A stretch of DNA of 64,000 nt, taken from a virus. Lineage: Duplodnaviria > Caudoviricetes. This document shows, piece after piece, positions 60,288-64,000 of this stretch. Both the position numbers and the translations under genes were made by a program. The number at the start of each line of letters is the position of its first letter. Position 1 is the first letter of the stretch. Location: positions 1 to 64,000 of the IMG/VR virus record IMGVR_UViG_3300037067_007020, one strand, 5' to 3'. The notes below the pieces were generated by a model, which was given only the letters and a program-made list of their open reading frames with translations, searched no databases and was not told the origin of the DNA.

Positions 60288-61187
60288 TTATGCTTTTAAG
60301 TTAGACAAAATACCAATCATCTTCGGAACCCTTAATATGGTCTTGAATGACCGTTTTGCATAGATTCTGAGTGTCTGTAGGTCTTCGTCCCATTTCCGTC
60401 CAGCAGTTATTGGTACGGATTCACGAATCTGTGCAGGTAAATTAGAAACCATAACAATTGCTCTACCTGACAAAATAGGGGTCAAAGTACCAGCAACATT
60501 GTAAACAACGTCACTCTTGAGTATTCTTAATCCACAGATTTTCTCAATAGTAATATCACCAACAACATCCCTAGTATATTGATTTGCATCCCTGATTTGT
60601 TCTGACAGAAGCAAATTCTTATAGTCCTCTGCACCAAGAATTATTGTGTCTGCATCCATTTGCATATCTGCACGAATGAGATATTTTAATTCTTCGATAT
60701 CATTTATAGGTACTGAACTTGCAGTCGTAGTCCATACAGTAGTAGCATTTCCTGTGTTGATAGTAGGATACTTGGTAGTATTTGTCAATTCTACCACCGC
60801 ATCATTTTCAACAGCAAGAGCTAATCTCTGTGCAATAGTAACAGCAGCCCTAGATACCGGGTCAATAAAATTATAAATATTACCATTGCGAAGTTCTTTT
60901 TCAGAAAACTCCATCTTTTCTCTATAGTCTTTCACATTTCCTGTCATCTTGGTATATTCGATGGCATTGTCTTCTGCTTCGGCCTTTTCGCCAATCTCCG
61001 CAGGAAGATTATATTCAGTAGTATCTGATTCCACATGCCATATAAAAGTATCCAAAGATTCTACGACAGGTATAACTTGCTGCATTACCAAAATCCCTTG
61101 AGTTAACTTAACGATCAGTTTAGTTAAATTCTCAGAACTTAATGCGGTTGCATTAGCAACAAGTGTTCCCAAATCTGCATTAGTCAT
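60288..61187 (-). CDS. Major capsid protein (HK97 fold)
   Basis: 299 aa after scaffold and decoration genes; EIGE.AE, FSE.EL, W......P..DI, I.GL.I; AGGAGG RBS and downstream terminator. Confidence 0.85.
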   Translation of the reverse strand: MTNADLGTLVANATALSSENLTKLIVKLTQGILVMQQVIPVVESLDTFIWHVESDTTEYNLPAEIGEKAEAEDNAIEYTKMTGNVKDYREKMEFSEKELRNGNIYNFIDPVSRAAVTIAQRLALAVENDAVVELTNTTKYPTINTGNATTVWTTTASSVPINDIEELKYLIRADMQMDADTIILGAEDYKNLLLSEQIRDANQYTRDVVGDITIEKICGLRILKSDVVYNVAGTLTPILSGRAIVMVSNLPAQIRESVPITAGRKWDEDLQTLRIYAKRSFKTILRVPKMIGILSNLKA

Positions 61188-61234
61188 TTGTTTTTCCTCC
61201 TTTTAAGGTTTATTTTATTTTTTTAATCTATTTT

Positions 61235-61606
61235 TTATATTGTTAACCAAACTTTACCAGTTCCACCAGAAACGGCTGTTGCGAGACAAACACCAAGAGA
61301 TTCTCCTGAAGTATATCCGTTACAACCTCTAGCCATTCCTCTGTTTCCAGTAACTATTTTCTGACTAACAGTACCAGCAGCATCAAAGGGCATATTAACA
61401 ACAGATTGCGTACGGTTAACAGTAACATTTTCTGCACCAGAAACATAATCGTTGGCAATAAACCCATCGGGTTCCTCGCCAGCAACAGTGTTTCTTACTC
61501 TCATTTCTGCGTTGACCTTAATAAATCCAGCATATATGTTCTCAGCAGTATGAAAAGTAATAGCTTTACCATCCCTAAATGCGTAGAAATTCAATTGTCC
61601 TACCAT
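61235..61606 (-). CDS. Capsid decoration/cement protein
   Basis: Gly/Ala-rich 123 aa immediately upstream of MCP; G.A......G..L..A..G..G.V. Confidence 0.65.
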   Translation of the reverse strand: MVGQLNFYAFRDGKAITFHTAENIYAGFIKVNAEMRVRNTVAGEEPDGFIANDYVSGAENVTVNRTQSVVNMPFDAAGTVSQKIVTGNRGMARGCNGYTSGESLGVCLATAVSGGTGKVWLTI

Positions 61607-61635
61607 TCTTTTTCCTCCTTTTTTGAAATAGTTTT

Positions 61636-62298
61636 TTACTTATTGAAACTTTGTTCAATTGCATTAGCTTTATGTATCAGTCTTGACAATACCGAAAAGC
61701 CTTTTTCAGCACCGTATATCTCATCCAAAGGTTTTGGTTCATCTTCTTTATCCTTGTCTTTCTGTTCTTGATCTAAGACTTCCTGACCAGTTTTGGAAAT
61801 CTTAGAAGGATTAAGAAGCTCATCATTTTTCTTTTTCTGAGCTTCCTTATCTTTCTGTTCTTGTGTTTTCTTGTCACCTTCCTCTTCTTTAGATTTTTTG
61901 TCTTCTTTTCCTGCAATAAATACTTTCCAATCAATATCTTGCGCCGTTATGATAACATTATCTACATATTTTTTTGTTTCTTCGTCCTGTTTAGTATACC
62001 AAGTAGAAATAGGCTGTATTCTCTCTTTCTTCTTGTATTCATTTAATATAATATCTTTCTCAGAAGTGGATTTTTTTATTTTCTCGATTTCGACATCCTT
62101 CGCTTTAGCTACTTCTTCTGTCTTTTTTACAGTTTCGGCAGTTTCTTTGGCAAGTTTTTCAATATCCTCTTTGGATTTTGTTATTGTTTCTATTTCTCTT
62201 TCTTTTGATTTAAGTTGTTTTTTCATTGCATCTAACTGTTCTTTTATAACCTCAAGGTCTTCTGTTGTCTTATCTTCTTTTTTCTGATTATCTGTCAT
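61636..62298 (-). CDS. Scaffolding protein
   Basis: K/E-rich coiled coil between protease and MCP. Confidence 0.7.
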   Translation of the reverse strand: MTDNQKKEDKTTEDLEVIKEQLDAMKKQLKSKEREIETITKSKEDIEKLAKETAETVKKTEEVAKAKDVEIEKIKKSTSEKDIILNEYKKKERIQPISTWYTKQDEETKKYVDNVIITAQDIDWKVFIAGKEDKKSKEEEGDKKTQEQKDKEAQKKKNDELLNPSKISKTGQEVLDQEQKDKDKEDEPKPLDEIYGAEKGFSVLSRLIHKANAIEQSFNK

Positions 62299-62354
62299 GT
62301 CTTTTCTCCTCTTTTTTATTTTTATTCTAATAAACTTTGGTCACACGATTCAGG

Positions 62355-63086
62355 TTAGTTTTCTATATCGTCTTTGTTTTTCCAAAAATTTAATAAATCT
62401 TTGTATATTGCAGAAATTTGTATTTCGGCATGAAGTTTTTCATATAAACCAGAAATTTCATTGTTCATAAATTCTTTTTGTTTTTTTAATTCGTCATTTT
62501 CTAAAAGAATTTCTTTGTATTTATCTTCCCAGTTTATTTCTTCTATAGACACATCACTCTCCTTTTGTTTTGAATTTTCGTTTTTAGATGCATACACTAT
62601 TCTTGTTCCGTCAAATGCAGTATAGTCTTTGTTCAGTATTGCATTTCCAATAAAATCGCTAATTTCCTTTATTCTTGTTACTCCGTTGTTTTCGTATCCT
62701 ATTGAAGGTATAAGTTCCCAAGAATTTCCTAACAGGTCTTTGTTTTTGATTATTTCGTCAACATATTCTTTTTGAGATTCTTCATGTAAAACAACATCAG
62801 CCTCTAAATATTCTATTCCGTCTTCTGTAACAATTTCTCCTGCATCTAAGATATGTCCAACTTCGATATATTTGCCATTTTTCTTATGTTCGTCAGAACC
62901 ATAGTGAATAGGCATATGGGAAAGTTTGTTATCTAGAATTAGTTTGTTAGCTGCTTCTCTTGTCAGTATTAGCGAACCATCTTCGTGATTAGAAGGACGA
63001 TTGATAGGAGCAACTTTTATTCGAATCAATTTCGCATTTTTTCTATCCTTGAGAAATGGATATTTGTCATAAATGTTTTCAGACAT
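62355..63086 (-). CDS. Prohead protease
   Basis: H...VG.I, L.A...L, G.SWE, F.G.AIL....AF motifs; position. Confidence 0.7.
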   Translation of the reverse strand: MSENIYDKYPFLKDRKNAKLIRIKVAPINRPSNHEDGSLILTREAANKLILDNKLSHMPIHYGSDEHKKNGKYIEVGHILDAGEIVTEDGIEYLEADVVLHEESQKEYVDEIIKNKDLLGNSWELIPSIGYENNGVTRIKEISDFIGNAILNKDYTAFDGTRIVYASKNENSKQKESDVSIEEINWEDKYKEILLENDELKKQKEFMNNEISGLYEKLHAEIQISAIYKDLLNFWKNKDDIEN

Positions 63087-63087
63087 C

Positions 63088-63213
63088 TTATTTGCTCCTT
63101 TTTTGTTTCTTCGTAGAAACTATTTTTGTTCCATATTTTGTTTTCCATTCTTCGTATACTTCTGGAACGTTTAACATCATATATAATCTTTGTTTTATAC
63201 TTCTGAATGGCAT
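63088..63213 (-). CDS. 41-aa basic peptide (MPF.S.KQR family)
   Basis: MPFRSIKQRLYMMLNVPEVYEEWKTKYG..., translated by hand; AAGGA RBS. Confidence 0.6.
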   Translation of the reverse strand: MPFRSIKQRLYMMLNVPEVYEEWKTKYGTKIVSTKKQKRSK

Positions 63214-63225
63214 GGCAGTATTCCT

Positions 63226-63999
63226 TTATATAGAAACTGTTAATTTAACGTCTCTTGAACCGCTTGTTAAGTTTACAAATTCTGTTTCCGTGTCATTAAT
63301 ACATAATATTTTAAAATCTTCGTCTTTTCTGTTTAGTTGCCATCTTTCGACTGACGAATTTTGTAAATCATATGTAATATCGACACCCTGTAGTGTCGTT
63401 GCAAACCCACTAATGTTTTTTATATAAAATGCCATATCCAATGCTCCAGACACGCCTGTAAAAATTTGACCTAATGTAGAATCTGGTAAAGAGTTTAAAT
63501 ATGGAACAGTCATTCCGCTAATTCCTATGAAATTTGTATCAGTAACCGGAGAAAATGTTACGTCTCCCCAGCCAGTTGCTATGTCGGTGTATTCTGATGT
63601 TTCAGGAACAAATCCTGATACGTGTTTTGCTACACCATTAATGTATCTAAATTCGTCTATATAACCAGAAAACGAATTAGTTGATCCATGATAACCAACA
63701 CTCAACCCATTAGATGCAAAATTGACTACGGATGCCGTAGAAGAACGTACTATACCAGAGGGAGTTAAGTTTCCATTGACAAAAAATCTAAAATCATTGC
63801 CATATCTAGTAATCATAAGATGTTGCCAAGTTTCTAATTCCCATGTATATGGAAACGTTACGCTTATTCCGAGAACATTGTTGGTTAATGTATCAAATTT
63901 AATAATACCGTTGTTTTTGTCATAATACCATGCCCACCAATTCTGACCTGTACTGAAACATCCGCATAAACAAGGATATGTTCCAGCGGCCATTGAGGT
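63226..63999 (-). CDS. LamG-domain virion protein (5' end probably outside window)
   Basis: WQHL.ITR.G..F.FFVNG, FSGYIDEFR...G.A; frame open to the window edge. Confidence 0.75.
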   Translation of the reverse strand, partial: TSMAAGTYPCLCGCFSTGQNWWAWYYDKNNGIIKFDTLTNNVLGISVTFPYTWELETWQHLMITRYGNDFRFFVNGNLTPSGIVRSSTASVVNFASNGLSVGYHGSTNSFSGYIDEFRYINGVAKHVSGFVPETSEYTDIATGWGDVTFSPVTDTNFIGISGMTVPYLNSLPDSTLGQIFTGVSGALDMAFYIKNISGFATTLQGVDITYDLQNSSVERWQLNRKDEDFKILCINDTETEFVNLTSGSRDVKLTVSI

Positions 64000-64000
64000 G

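Noticed and set aside
39441-63925. Plus-strand ORFs in the late region, and minus-strand ORFs in 1-38.7 kb
   Set aside because: Antisense shadows of real genes, with Phe/Ser/Leu-rich composition mirroring Lys/Glu codons and no RBS.
1-64000. Stop-codon reassignment (TAG or TGA)
   Set aside because: Long genes are intact in code 11. TAG and TGA end genes at sensible boundaries (DnaB, PolB and major tail end in TAG; several ATGA overlaps).
1-64000. CRISPR array, diversity-generating retroelement, integrase or transposase
   Set aside because: No regularly spaced repeats, reverse transcriptase motifs, TR/VR pair, or recombinase/transposase motifs were seen.

Overview
AT-rich fragment (roughly 28% GC by eye) of a large, probably lytic, tailed dsDNA bacteriophage with siphovirus-type morphogenesis genes and standard genetic code. 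Bases 1-38.8 kb (+ strand) hold early, replication and recombination genes among many tiny ORFs. These include DnaB helicase, three SSB-like proteins, RecA/UvsX, PD-(D/E)XK nucleases, HNH endonucleases, a C5 methyltransferase, dNMP kinase, MazG-like, NDT-like, radical SAM, phosphoesterases, an AAA+ ATPase and PhoH. Bases 38.8-64 kb (- strand) hold the late operon: LamG protein, prohead protease, scaffold, decoration protein, major capsid, neck, major tail, frameshifted tail chaperone, tape measure, Dit, tail tip, small fibre paralogues and lysis-type membrane proteins. The most striking element is one 1195-aa ORF fusing an intact proofreading family-B DNA polymerase, a clamp-binding-like motif, an archaeo-eukaryotic primase (PriS-like) domain and a 4-Cys PriL-like C-terminal domain. 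This resembles a Pol alpha/primase in one chain, with a calcineurin-like phosphoesterase two genes upstream. Other highlights are a Ser-Gly enrichment in exposed virion domains, two candidate structured RNAs, a triplicated unusual promoter, an identical 24-nt leader after two late terminators, and stand-alone CysRS-C-terminal-like and IF2-N-like domains. All calls come from reading motifs by eye; no searches were run.
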